Source: an uncultured delta proteobacterium
GTDB lineage: Bacteria > Desulfobacterota > Desulfobacteria > Desulfobacterales > JAFDCJ01
Reading direction: 5' to 3'
Length of the DNA: 64,000 nt
Assembly: GCA_963769935.1 (NCBI GenBank)
Contig: CAVYNY010000022.1
Coordinates: 672,001-736,000 of the forward strand
Part shown: piece by piece, positions 29,612 through 39,336 of the stretch
Layout: every line of letters starts with the position of its first letter
How positions within the stretch are numbered: position 1 is the first letter of the stretch
The notes under the pieces: model-generated
What the model saw: only the letters and a program-made list of their open reading frames with translations
Databases searched by the model: none
Told to the model about the DNA's origin: nothing
Translations under genes and position numbers: made by a program

Positions 29612-31579
29612 ATGAAGCTAAAGCACCTTATTTTATTTTTTGGGGTCATATTTATGGTCTGCTCCTGTGCCGGCAAATCCGGGGTGCCCCCGGAGTCTGT
29701 CCCGGCTGAAAAAGGAGACGCGCTTTTTACCAGAGCTGAAGATCTGTTCGGCGCCGGGTCTTACGATGAGGCCTTGGCCCTGTACGATGAGTATTTAAGG
29801 CTATATGAGAAAGCACCGCTGGCGGCAGCGGCGTTGATGAAGATCGGGTATATTCAGGCGGTTAACGGTGATTTCGAAGCGTCCCGGGCTGCTTACCGTC
29901 GGATTGGATCCGAGTATCCCGCCAGTTCCTTTGTCCAGGATGCGCTGGTTGAAGAACTTTCTACTTATTACCAGCAAGGGCGATACGGGGATGTTATCCA
30001 ACTTGCCCCCGCTGCGCTCCAGCGCATCGATTCCAACCTGCATTTTTTTAGAACCTATGCCCTCATCGGGGATACTTATCTGGCGCTGGGCGCTCCCATC
30101 GACGCCATCGATTACTACGCCCGGGCCCAGGAGTATGCATCCGAGCTCGAACAGGAGCCCATTAAAGCCAAACTTAAGGAGGCTATCGCCCAGCTCGATA
30201 CGGCCGATATAAGGATTCTTGTCGATCATCCGGATGAGAGTCTGCCGATGGACTATCTGCTGTATCAGTTGGGCCTGAACTATGCCCTGGCAGAAAAATA
30301 CGACGAGGCCTTAACCATCTTGGCCGAGTTTAATAATCGATATCCCGCCAGTGAAAATCGAAATTTGGTTGCCAGCCTGATCGATGAGATCAAAAAAAAT
30401 GCCGTTTTCAATCGCAATACCATCGGTGTCCTGTTGCCGCTGAGCGGTTCCTATGAGGCGTTCGGGCAGCGGGCTCTGAAAGGAATCGAGCTGGCCCTGG
30501 GCCGGTTCAGTTCCCAAAGCGATAACCCGCCGATCAATATCATTGTCAAAGACACCGAAGCCGATCCGGATAAAACGGTTAGGGCAATGGAGGAACTAAA
30601 TCAAAATCAGGTTGCCGCCATTCTCGGGCCCATTGTCAACTCAGAAATTGCCGCCCGTGAAGCCCAAAAAATGGGGATTCCCATTATTACTTTGACCCAG
30701 AAGGATAATATCCCGGAAATTGGCGACAAGGTATTTAGAAATTTTATCACTCCCAAAATGCAGGTGCAGGCCATTGCTTCCTTTGCAGTTGAAACTCTGG
30801 GATTGTATCGCTTTGCGATTCTTTATCCTGATGAAACCTATGGCATTACTTTCATGAATCTTTTTTGGGACGAATTGATAGAATTGGGCGGCAAGGTGGT
30901 CGGGGTGGAAGCATACAAACCGCAAAGCACCGATTTTACCGATCCCATTAAAAAACTTATCGGGCTTTATTATGACGTGCCCGAAGACCTCAAGTCGGAA
31001 AACGGTTTAACCGGAAGCCGGGATGAAGGCGATGCGTCAAGGAGTTCCGACGACCCAACCCGGGCGGCGGCTGATGAAAAGGCCCAAGCGCAGGAGCCGC
31101 AACCCATTGTCGATTTCGATGCCATTTTTATCCCTGATTCACCCGGAAAAGCCGGCCTGATAGTTCCCCAGTTGGCATATTTTGACATTAAGGATGTTTA
31201 TCTGCTTGGCACCAACCTTTGGCATTCCGATTCTTTGATAAAAATAGCCGACCAGTATGTTCAGGGCGCTATAATGCCGGATGGATATTTCGGCGAAAGT
31301 GATTCACCAATCGTGCAAGAATTTGTCAAAGCTTTTGAGGAGACTTATCAGGAAAAGCCTGATTATATCGAGGCGGTAGTGTATGATTCCGCCATGATAC
31401 TGTTTCAGGCGGTCAGCCGCTCCCACATTCGATACCGCAACGATATAAGGGATGAGCTGCTCGGTCTGGATAATTTCCCGGGAGTCACCGGCATCACCCG
31501 TTTCGATGAAAACGGTGAGGCCCAAAAAAAGATGTATTTATTAAGAATAAAAGGCAAGCGGTTTGTGGAGCTGAAATAA
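29612..31579 (+). CDS. LpoA-like penicillin-binding protein activator lipoprotein (TPR + periplasmic binding fold)
   Basis: Lipobox-like CSC, TPRs, IGVLLPLSG, AILGP, DFDAIFIPD, LLGTNLW, FPGVTG.T.F. Confidence 0.85.
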   Translation: MKLKHLILFFGVIFMVCSCAGKSGVPPESVPAEKGDALFTRAEDLFGAGSYDEALALYDEYLRLYEKAPLAAAALMKIGYIQAVNGDFEASRAAYRRIGSEYPASSFVQDALVEELSTYYQQGRYGDVIQLAPAALQRIDSNLHFFRTYALIGDTYLALGAPIDAIDYYARAQEYASELEQEPIKAKLKEAIAQLDTADIRILVDHPDESLPMDYLLYQLGLNYALAEKYDEALTILAEFNNRYPASENRNLVASLIDEIKKNAVFNRNTIGVLLPLSGSYEAFGQRALKGIELALGRFSSQSDNPPINIIVKDTEADPDKTVRAMEELNQNQVAAILGPIVNSEIAAREAQKMGIPIITLTQKDNIPEIGDKVFRNFITPKMQVQAIASFAVETLGLYRFAILYPDETYGITFMNLFWDELIELGGKVVGVEAYKPQSTDFTDPIKKLIGLYYDVPEDLKSENGLTGSRDEGDASRSSDDPTRAAADEKAQAQEPQPIVDFDAIFIPDSPGKAGLIVPQLAYFDIKDVYLLGTNLWHSDSLIKIADQYVQGAIMPDGYFGESDSPIVQEFVKAFEETYQEKPDYIEAVVYDSAMILFQAVSRSHIRYRNDIRDELLGLDNFPGVTGITRFDENGEAQKKMYLLRIKGKRFVELK

Positions 31580-31707
31580 TTGTAAATTGAATATTGTAAA
31601 TTGAATATTTAAGGTACGCCTGCGGCGAATCGATTTTAAGAATTCATTAAAAAGATTAAGCGAAGCGACATCCATAAATATTCAATATTCAATTTACAAT
31701 ATTCAAT
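31579..31707. repeat. Heptamer-arm element (ATTGWAW type) spanning stop to stop between convergent genes
   Basis: attgtaa attgaat attgtaa attgaat att...aatattcaatattcaatttacaatattcaat; core cgcctgcggcg and gcgaagcgacatcc. Confidence 0.85.
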
Positions 31708-33035
31708 CATCCTGGATTCTTCAACGACCCCTGACCGGTTGCCTCGAGGGTGCTGCGCCATAGACTGCCCCCCGGATTTATCTGCTTTCGTTTTTCGGCA
31801 ATCAATTTCATCGGCACATGGACAAACTGGTTGTTCCAATGACCGATGAGCATACTCGTTTTGCCGGCCATGCCGGCATGCACGGCGTTGCGGCCTAAAA
31901 AGCTGCAAAATACGCGATCATTGGCATTGGCAGGCAGGCTCCGGATCATATAGCTGGGATCGATGTATTTAATAGAGATTTCAATTCCTTTTTCCGCAAA
32001 GTAAGATGAGATGGCCTCTTTGAGGTATATTCCGATATCCTTGAGCTTGATGTTGCCGGAGGCATCCCGCTCGTTTTGTTTATTTTCAAAAAATTTTTGG
32101 CCGGCTCCTTCCGCGACCACGATCACCGCGTGTTTTCGATCTGCCAGGCGCTTTTCCAGAGCAGTCAACAGGCCATGGGGCCCTGCCAGATCGAAGTCGA
32201 CCTCGGGAATGAGTACAAAATTGACATCCTGCTGGGCCAGAACCGCCGTTGCGGCGATAAATCCTGAATGCCGCCCCATTAATTTGATCAGGCCGATGCC
32301 GTTGGGATAGCCCTCGGCTTCGTTGCTGGCGGCAATGATTGCTTTGGTGGCGACATCTACCGCCGAATCAAACCCAAAAGAGCGGGAAACCATGTGAATG
32401 TCATTGTCGATGGTTTTGGGGACCCCGACAACTCCGATCTTCAATCCCCGCATTAAAATTGTATCGGCTATCCGGCCGGCAGCCGTGAGCGTTCCATCGC
32501 CCCCGATCATAAACAGCAATCCGATGTTCATTCTTTCCAGGCTGTCAATTATTTCATCAATATCCTGGGGACCGCGGCTCGATCCGAGCACGGTTCCGCC
32601 CCGGTCGTGAATATCGACGACCGTTTTGGGTGCCAGGTCAATCAGGTCATGGCCGTAGCGTGGAATAAAGCCTTGCAGACCGTAACGGATGCCGAAGATG
32701 TTGCGCACTCCGTAACCGTAATGCAATTCCAACACGATTGATCGAATAATTTCGTTTAAACCCGGGCATAATCCACCGCATGACACCAGCGCACATTTTA
32801 ATTTGCTCGGATCAAAGAAGATATTGCGCCTTGGCCCCGCCAATTCAAAGCAGGGCAGACGTTGACCCTCCTCAAACATCTTCAAGATCTGGCAGTCATC
32901 GATTTCGATGACGATCCGATTTGCGTCCGATACAAAACTGATGCCTTCCGTGCCGTCTGCTCTTTTTTGAACCGGTGTAGGAATTTTGGCCTCGCCGAGG
33001 GCGGGAATTACGGTTATCATGGTTTTTGCGTTCAT
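31707..33035 (-). CDS. pfkA: ATP-dependent 6-phosphofructokinase
   Basis: CGGLCPGLN, GGTVLGSSRG, IGGDGT, PKTIDND, KLMGRHSG, KYIDPSYMIRS. Confidence 0.94.
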   Translation of the reverse strand: MNAKTMITVIPALGEAKIPTPVQKRADGTEGISFVSDANRIVIEIDDCQILKMFEEGQRLPCFELAGPRRNIFFDPSKLKCALVSCGGLCPGLNEIIRSIVLELHYGYGVRNIFGIRYGLQGFIPRYGHDLIDLAPKTVVDIHDRGGTVLGSSRGPQDIDEIIDSLERMNIGLLFMIGGDGTLTAAGRIADTILMRGLKIGVVGVPKTIDNDIHMVSRSFGFDSAVDVATKAIIAASNEAEGYPNGIGLIKLMGRHSGFIAATAVLAQQDVNFVLIPEVDFDLAGPHGLLTALEKRLADRKHAVIVVAEGAGQKFFENKQNERDASGNIKLKDIGIYLKEAISSYFAEKGIEISIKYIDPSYMIRSLPANANDRVFCSFLGRNAVHAGMAGKTSMLIGHWNNQFVHVPMKLIAEKRKQINPGGSLWRSTLEATGQGSLKNPG

Positions 33036-33098
33036 GAATGCCTCATGGATTTTATGGATCTTTGGATCAGGGCGCTTTACTTTATCCGGTGTATCGGC

Positions 33099-34118
33099 TC
33101 AGGTTCCATTAAACTTGAATGCACCTTTGCCCAGTACATCGTGCAGGTGCAGAATGCCTTGGACCTCGCCGGCTGCATTGACAACCGGCAGGACCGTGAT
33201 TTGATGCTGTTCCATCATGTATAAAGCGTCATAGGCGGGGGCGTCTTCCTTCAGGGTCCGGGGATTTGCGGACATGACATCTTCCACCCTGAGTTCGGAA
33301 ATCGGACGGCCGGAGACCACCATGCGCCGGATATCGCCGTCGGTGATGATGCCGCTGAGCATATTATGCGGGCCCGTCACCAGGCTAGTTCCCAACCCGC
33401 CGCGGTCAATTTCAAGGACCGCATCCGGCATGGGCGTCCCCTCGTCCACCCGGGGTACGGATTTGCCGGATAACATCAGATCTTTTATGCGGGTGGTCAG
33501 GCGTTGACCGAGGTTGCCGCCGGGGTGGTACATTTTGAAGTCGCTTGAATTAAAATTCTTTTTTTCCAGCAAGACCACTGCCAGGGCGTCTCCCATGGCC
33601 AGCAGGGCGGTGGTGCTGGCTGTCGGCGCAAGGCCCAGCGGACACGCCTCACCGGCAACGCCCACGTCGATCACAACATCGCTGAGTCTGGCCAGGGTCG
33701 ATTTTTTTTCACCGGTAAAGGCTATTATTTTGCAGCCGATTCGGCGGATGCTTGACAGGAGAATATTTAATTCATCCGTCTCACCACTTTTGGACAGCGC
33801 AATAAATATGTCGTCGCCGGATACCTGCCCCAGATCTCCGTGCATGGCCTCGACAGGATGCAAAAAAAAGGACCTTGTTCCCGTGCTGTTTAAAGTGGCA
33901 ACTATCTTGCGGCCGACGATCCCTGATTTTCCGATTCCACTTACAATGAGCCGTCCGCGGGAATTGCAGATCATTTCGACCATTTCGGAAAAATTTTCAT
34001 CGATCCGATCGATTAAATTAAGGATGCCGTCGGCTTCGATCTTTAAGACCGCGATCGCTTTTTGGACGCACTCGTCGGTTTTCCGGTGCTTTTTGCTGTT
34101 GATTGGGCAACTGGTCAT
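33099..34118 (-). CDS. kdsD: Arabinose-5-phosphate isomerase (KpsF/GutQ, SIS + CBS)
   Basis: GIGKSG, HPVEAMHGDLG, SGETDE, EACPLGLAPTAST, HPGGNLG, ITDGDIRR. Confidence 0.95.
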   Translation of the reverse strand: MTSCPINSKKHRKTDECVQKAIAVLKIEADGILNLIDRIDENFSEMVEMICNSRGRLIVSGIGKSGIVGRKIVATLNSTGTRSFFLHPVEAMHGDLGQVSGDDIFIALSKSGETDELNILLSSIRRIGCKIIAFTGEKKSTLARLSDVVIDVGVAGEACPLGLAPTASTTALLAMGDALAVVLLEKKNFNSSDFKMYHPGGNLGQRLTTRIKDLMLSGKSVPRVDEGTPMPDAVLEIDRGGLGTSLVTGPHNMLSGIITDGDIRRMVVSGRPISELRVEDVMSANPRTLKEDAPAYDALYMMEQHQITVLPVVNAAGEVQGILHLHDVLGKGAFKFNGT

Positions 34119-34295
34119 TGTTAATTCTCAAAAGGTCTTCCATCGGCTGGACGCCATTCGGGGGTGCAGCTGATTTTCAGTTGAATCGCAAATTTAGCCA
34201 TTGCAGATGCTATGTCGACTATTGTCGTTGATTGTAAGAAAAAAATCAAGGGCACAATATGGTTGCAGAAATTAAAAAAAAGTTTTAAAATTCTA

Positions 34296-34324
34296 TTGAC
34301 TTTTAAGGCCGGGGCGATTATGTT
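34296..34324 (+). promoter_or_regulatory. Putative sigma70 promoter
   Basis: TTGACT-N17-TATGTT with an upstream A-tract. Confidence 0.5.
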
Positions 34325-34416
34325 CCGGCAACTTTTTGTGATCGGTTAGGGCCGGGTCCACATAATTCCCGGCATTTTTTTTTTTGCAAAATTTAATTAG
34401 AAAGGGAGTGATACCA

Positions 34417-34695
34417 ATGATTTGTACAACCATTAAAGAAGGTATGGAATGCCCGTTTATGTCTGCTAAGGGGTGTTCATATAAAGGCGGGATTTGCCAT
34501 CAGATCGTAGAGCAGTGCCAGGGTTGCAACCGCGGCACGGAACTGTCGTCCGGTTGGTACTGCACATCTTGTCCGGAACCGGCCATCAAGTGGAAGAACG
34601 GCAAATGCAACCTGGCTTCGCATGTCAGCGCAGAGACCTCCTCCGCTCAGATCAAGCTCAATCCGCTCAAAGCTTCCAAAAGAGGCAACCGCTAA
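34417..34695 (+). CDS. PxxKW-family cysteine-rich protein
   Basis: MICTT...ECPFM...C...CQGC...PAIKW..G.CNLASH...KLNPLKASKR. Confidence 0.88.
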   Translation: MICTTIKEGMECPFMSAKGCSYKGGICHQIVEQCQGCNRGTELSSGWYCTSCPEPAIKWKNGKCNLASHVSAETSSAQIKLNPLKASKRGNR

Positions 34696-34753
34696 TGCGG
34701 CTTGCGATCCACCGGCAAACCCCGCTCTCAGCCGGAGCGGGGTCCGCACTTAT

Positions 34754-34908
34754 ATTGAATAATGAAAATTGAATATTAGTGGAACTCGCTTGCGCAACGC
34801 CCTCGCTTGCGCCGCGTGTCGCGCCACCACTTTTTAATTTGGTCCCTTTTAAATTGATCCGCCGGAGGCGGACCTTAAATATTCAATCTTCAATCTTAAA
34901 TATTCAAT
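34754..34908. repeat. Heptamer-arm element (ATTGAAW type)
   Basis: attgaat aatgaaa attgaat att...aaatattcaatcttcaatcttaaatattcaat; core tccgccggaggcgga and ctcgcttgcg x2. Confidence 0.85.
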
Positions 34909-34909
34909 C

Positions 34910-36184
34910 CTAGGATAGCTTGTCGATGCTGGCCAGCTGGATACAAATACACACCAGCTGCATCGCCGAATGAACATTCTCCAAGGGCGGAAATGACGGC
35001 GCAATGCGTATATTGCGATCCAGGGGGTCGTGCATATATGGGTAGGTGGAGCCGGCCGGGGTCAATTTCAAGCCCGCTTCGGCAGCTAGTTGTACAACCG
35101 CAGCGGCGCACCCCTCCAGGGTATCGATGCTGACGAAATAACCTCCGGCGGGATGACTCCACCGGGCAATATTCTTGCCGCCCAATTCTCTTTCCAGTGC
35201 GCTATGCACCGCATCAAATTTAGGTTTTAGAATTGCCCTATGCTTTTGCATGTGGTCTTCTATTCCCTCCAAATCCCTGAAAAATTTCACATGACGCAGC
35301 TGGTTGAGTTTATCCGGGCCTATGGTTTGAAAGGTTATCTGTTTTTTGATCATTGCAATATTTTTTTCACTGGCGGCCATCATGGCCAATCCGCTGCCGG
35401 CGAATGCGATTTTGGAGGTCGAGCCGAAAACCAAAACCCGTTCCGGATGGCCGGCTTTTTTGCAGGCGGCCAGGATATTTTTTAGCTGTGGCGGTTTACC
35501 ATCCAGATGATGGACGGCGTAAGCGTTATCCCAGAAAATGCGGAAATCAGCGGCTTTGGCATGCATCGAAGCCAGACGATCGACGATTTCATCGGAATAG
35601 ACAGCGCCGGTGGGATTGCTGTATTTGGGTACACACCAGATTCCTTTGATGCTTTCATCCCCGGCGACCATTTGTTCAATAACGTCAATATCGGGACCGG
35701 CTGCGTTCATCTCAACCGGTATCATCTCAATGCCTAAATAATCACAGATGAAAAAATGCCGATCATAACCGGGACTGGGACACAAAAACTTTATGTTCGG
35801 CAGTTTGCCCCAGGGCGGACTGCCCTCGCTGACGCCTTTCACCATGGCTCGCAGGAGAGTGTCATGCATCAGGTTAAGACTTGAATTGCCGCCGATTATA
35901 ATTTCCTCAGGCGCTACCTCCAGGTACCGGGCAAATAATTTTTTGGCTTCCGGAATCCCGTCCAGCCCGCCGTAATTTCGGCTGTCGGTTCCGTCTTCCG
36001 ACCGGTAATCCTTGCTGTTTACGCAATCCAGCATTTCAAGGGCAAGATCCAGCTGCTCGCTGCAGGGTTTTCCTCGGGTTATGTCAAGGGTGATGCCCCT
36101 GGACTTAAATCCATGATACTGATTAAGGAGGTTGTCCTTGAACCGCTGCAATTGTTGGCTGCTGAGCTTGCTAAAATCCGTCAT
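34910..36184 (-). CDS. PLP-dependent class I/II aminotransferase (aspartate aminotransferase-like)
   Basis: LDITRGKP, RNYGGLDG, PGYDRHF, VPKYSNPTG, WDNAY, STSKI, NIRIAP. Confidence 0.9.
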   Translation of the reverse strand: MTDFSKLSSQQLQRFKDNLLNQYHGFKSRGITLDITRGKPCSEQLDLALEMLDCVNSKDYRSEDGTDSRNYGGLDGIPEAKKLFARYLEVAPEEIIIGGNSSLNLMHDTLLRAMVKGVSEGSPPWGKLPNIKFLCPSPGYDRHFFICDYLGIEMIPVEMNAAGPDIDVIEQMVAGDESIKGIWCVPKYSNPTGAVYSDEIVDRLASMHAKAADFRIFWDNAYAVHHLDGKPPQLKNILAACKKAGHPERVLVFGSTSKIAFAGSGLAMMAASEKNIAMIKKQITFQTIGPDKLNQLRHVKFFRDLEGIEDHMQKHRAILKPKFDAVHSALERELGGKNIARWSHPAGGYFVSIDTLEGCAAAVVQLAAEAGLKLTPAGSTYPYMHDPLDRNIRIAPSFPPLENVHSAMQLVCICIQLASIDKLS

Positions 36185-36294
36185 TTAATGTGATCCTATT
36201 TACTTTTTTCTGGCAATTGCCAAATGTGTAGTTATATTATTTCAAGTGCTTGCCGGTTTATATACCACCGCCAGTATACGCCGGCAAGGACTAA

Positions 36295-36384
36295 TTAATC
36301 CGCCTTGGAAAAAGCACATTCAGCGTTGTAGATTGTTCTTTGAAAATTGAAGCCGGACGTTGGATCGAAGGTCCGGGGGATTAA
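36295..36384. mobile_element. ~90-bp MITE-like element, copy B
   Basis: TTAATCCGCC...GGGGGATTAA; shares ttcag.gttgta and gatcgaag.tccgg.ggattaa with copy A. Confidence 0.6.
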
Positions 36385-36679
36385 GTAGTTGATGGTGCGC
36401 TTTTTTTCATCTTTTTTAATCAGAATTCAACGAACAAATGGGTTTTATCCACACCCGGCAGCTCTTTTTTCAAAACAGATTCATCAACGAGGTGAATTTG
36501 TTCTTGCAAATTAGTTTTTAAACGATTAGAAAAAGCGCCAAAAAGGCGACGCCGAGCCGGTAGGCAAGCCATCACCTGCGCAATACTAATGGGCGCTGAC
36601 AGGCTGCCTTCCGGACTCGGGATCATAGCGAAATAGAGAACTCCATTGTGATTACAGAACTTAGAATCGGAATTTGCAC

Positions 36680-38530
36680 ATGTCTTCTTTGAGAACGATA
36701 CAGGAACGCATCGATACGCTTGTCAGGCATGATCTTCCCGGCCGGGTCTCCAAGGCCGGCAAGTGGACTTTTTATTTTATCGGTATCGGCATCATCGCCG
36801 GATTCGGAGCCATCATTTTCCACTATCTGTGCCAGATCGGCCTCCACTATTTTATGGATATGCTGGCCGGTTACCGTCCGCCGGCACCGGCCGGAGAACA
36901 CGACCTGTTCCCGCACACCGCCCGCGCTTTTAACCGCTGGATTCTTTTGTTTCTGCCGGCTTTCGGCGGCATTTTCAGCGGCTGGATCGTCTACACGTTT
37001 GCTCCGGAGGCCGAAGGCCACGGAACTGATGCGGCCATAAATGCCTATCATAATGCCGGCGGGTTCATACGCGCCAGGGTCCCGTTTATTAAAACGATCG
37101 CTTCCGCCCTCACGCTCACAACAGGCGGTTCGGGCGGTAGAGAGGGACCGATTGCCCAGATCGGAGCCGGTTTCGGATCTTTTTTGGCAACCAGCTTAAA
37201 GCTTTCAACCCGCGAACGCCGTATCATGATGGCTGCCGGTGTCGGTGCCGGCGTCGGCAGCATATTCCGCGCGCCGTTGGCAGGCGCCTTATTTGCAGCC
37301 GAAGTCCTATACCGGGACCCTGAATTTGAATCGGAGGTGATCATTCCGGCCGGAATTTCATCGGTAGTTGCGTACTGCCTGTTTTGCCTGGTATTCGGCT
37401 GGGGATCTTTGTTTCAGTCACCTGATTTCAAGTTTCAAAATCCTCTGGAACTGGGACCCTATCTCATATTGGCGCTGATCCTGGCCGCCACCGGGGCTTT
37501 TTATGTGAAATCATTCTATGGGATCACCGGGTTTTTCCATTCCCTCAAAATCCCCAACCACATAAAACCCGCCATCGGCGGGCTGTGTACCGGCATCATT
37601 GGATTTTTTTTGCCGCAAACGCTGGCTTTCGGTTATGGCTTTGCCCAGCAGGCGATCGACAATCAATTGACCATTCCTTTTCTTTTATCCCTGGCCCTGG
37701 GGAAAATTCTGACGACTTCATTCACCATCGGCTCCGGCGGCAGCGGCGGTGTTTTCGGTCCGTCGATCGTCATCGGGGGGGCTATGGGAGGTGCTGTCGG
37801 GCAATTTTTTCATCAAATTATGCCGGGGGTGGTAGCCGAGCCCGGGGCGTTTGTGGTGGTCGGGATGGCCGGATTTTTCACCGCCGTTTCCAACACTCCG
37901 ATTTCCACAATTATTTTCGTCAGTGAAATGACGAACTCCTATCATCTGCTGCTGCCCGCACTGCTGGTATGTTCCGTGGCCTATCTATCTGCCAGGCGGT
38001 ACACTATTTATTACCGGCAGGTCAAAAACCGGGTCGACTCACAGGCCCATGCCGGCGATTTTTTCGTCGATATTTTGCAAACCATCAAAGTGAAAGATGT
38101 GATGGAACAGGTGAGAATAGTTACGCTCATTCCGCAGGACATGACGTTTTCCGATTTCAAGAGGTATTTTTCGGAATCCGACCAGCACTATTTCCCGGTG
38201 ATGGACCAGAATAAAAGATTGAGCAGTATTTTTTCCATTAATGATGTGCGTGGTGTGCTGTTCTCACCGGAGATTGAAAGCCTGGTGGTCATGAAAGACA
38301 TCGGAACGTCGGACATCATTGTGACGACCCCGGCCGAAGATTTAAATACCGTCTTAAGAAAGTTCACCACGAAAAACATCGATAGTCTACCCGTCGTTAA
38401 AGCAGACGATCACACGGACCTAATCGGCATGTTAAACCGGCGCGAAGTCATTGCGTTTTACAATCAGCAGGTTCAGAAGATCAAAACCGGTCGTGCGGCG
38501 CCGAAGGATGAAGTGGAAGAGGGCAGTTGA
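36680..38530 (+). CDS. ClC-family chloride channel/antiporter with CBS domains
   Basis: EAEGHGTD, GGSGGREGP, FRAPLAGALFAAE, GSGGVFGP, C-terminal CBS pair. Confidence 0.94.
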   Translation: MSSLRTIQERIDTLVRHDLPGRVSKAGKWTFYFIGIGIIAGFGAIIFHYLCQIGLHYFMDMLAGYRPPAPAGEHDLFPHTARAFNRWILLFLPAFGGIFSGWIVYTFAPEAEGHGTDAAINAYHNAGGFIRARVPFIKTIASALTLTTGGSGGREGPIAQIGAGFGSFLATSLKLSTRERRIMMAAGVGAGVGSIFRAPLAGALFAAEVLYRDPEFESEVIIPAGISSVVAYCLFCLVFGWGSLFQSPDFKFQNPLELGPYLILALILAATGAFYVKSFYGITGFFHSLKIPNHIKPAIGGLCTGIIGFFLPQTLAFGYGFAQQAIDNQLTIPFLLSLALGKILTTSFTIGSGGSGGVFGPSIVIGGAMGGAVGQFFHQIMPGVVAEPGAFVVVGMAGFFTAVSNTPISTIIFVSEMTNSYHLLLPALLVCSVAYLSARRYTIYYRQVKNRVDSQAHAGDFFVDILQTIKVKDVMEQVRIVTLIPQDMTFSDFKRYFSESDQHYFPVMDQNKRLSSIFSINDVRGVLFSPEIESLVVMKDIGTSDIIVTTPAEDLNTVLRKFTTKNIDSLPVVKADDHTDLIGMLNRREVIAFYNQQVQKIKTGRAAPKDEVEEGS

Positions 38531-38533
38531 AAC

Positions 38534-39274
38534 CTAATATTTAACCTCCATTAAAAACAGCCCGTGCGCCGGCGCGGTAGCGCCGGCTTGACTGCGATCT
38601 TTGGATTCCAGGATTTTTTTAAATTCCGCGGGAGTGGTTTTGCCCCGTCCGACATCAATCAGCGTTCCGACAATATTTCGCACCATAAATCGCAGGAAAC
38701 CGTCGGCCTCTATCTTGAACGTCACCTGTCCGTCAGCATTTTCGGTAAGTTCCGCTGCCATGACCTTGCGGTTGGTATGGGACCTGGGACTGCCGGTGCC
38801 CTCAAATGCTTTAAAATCATGACTTCCGATAATGTGGGCCATGGCCAGTCGCATGGCGGCGGTCTTCAGATTGCGGCGGATGAACAACGCATATTGTCTT
38901 CCAATCGCTGACGGTAAACACCGATTCAGCATTCTATAATGATAAATTTTGCTCTTGGCATCATAACGGGCGTGAAACGATTCGTCGACTCGTCGACAAT
39001 CTTTAATCACAATATCATCCGGTAATAAACTGTTGAGTCCTTTTTGAATTGCTTCCGGCGCCAATTCCGTTTCGCAGCGGAAATTGGCCACCTGACCGCA
39101 GGCATGCACGCCGGCGTCCGTCCGTCCGGAGGCGCATAGAACGACCTGTCTGGCGGTCATTGCCAGCAACGCCTTTTCGATTTCCGCCTGAACACTCCGA
39201 TCTTCCTTTTGGCGCTGCCAACCATGGTAATCGGTGCCGTCGTACTCAATGATCATTTTAAAATTTTTGACCAT
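38534..39274 (-). CDS. truA: tRNA pseudouridine(38-40) synthase
   Basis: EYDGTDYHGWQRQ, SGRTDAGVHA, FHARY, GFLRFMVRNIVG, TAPAHGL. Confidence 0.97.
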   Translation of the reverse strand: MVKNFKMIIEYDGTDYHGWQRQKEDRSVQAEIEKALLAMTARQVVLCASGRTDAGVHACGQVANFRCETELAPEAIQKGLNSLLPDDIVIKDCRRVDESFHARYDAKSKIYHYRMLNRCLPSAIGRQYALFIRRNLKTAAMRLAMAHIIGSHDFKAFEGTGSPRSHTNRKVMAAELTENADGQVTFKIEADGFLRFMVRNIVGTLIDVGRGKTTPAEFKKILESKDRSQAGATAPAHGLFLMEVKY

Positions 39275-39290
39275 GGGTCGTCTATCCCGT

Positions 39291-39333
39291 TTATTCCAAC
39301 ATTGAAAGCCTGGCCCTTTGGCACAGGATTTTT
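39291..39333. repeat. 43-bp palindromic dispersed repeat, copy 3
   Basis: ttattccaacattgaaagcctggccctttggcacaggattttt. Confidence 0.75.
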
Positions 39334-39336
39334 TAC

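Noticed and set aside
36540..36621. Fluoride riboswitch upstream of ClC
   Set aside because: It lacks the GGCGATGGNGTTCGCC/TGATGAC consensus, and the ClC has GHGTD/GREGP rather than fluoride-type GNN/GREGT motifs.
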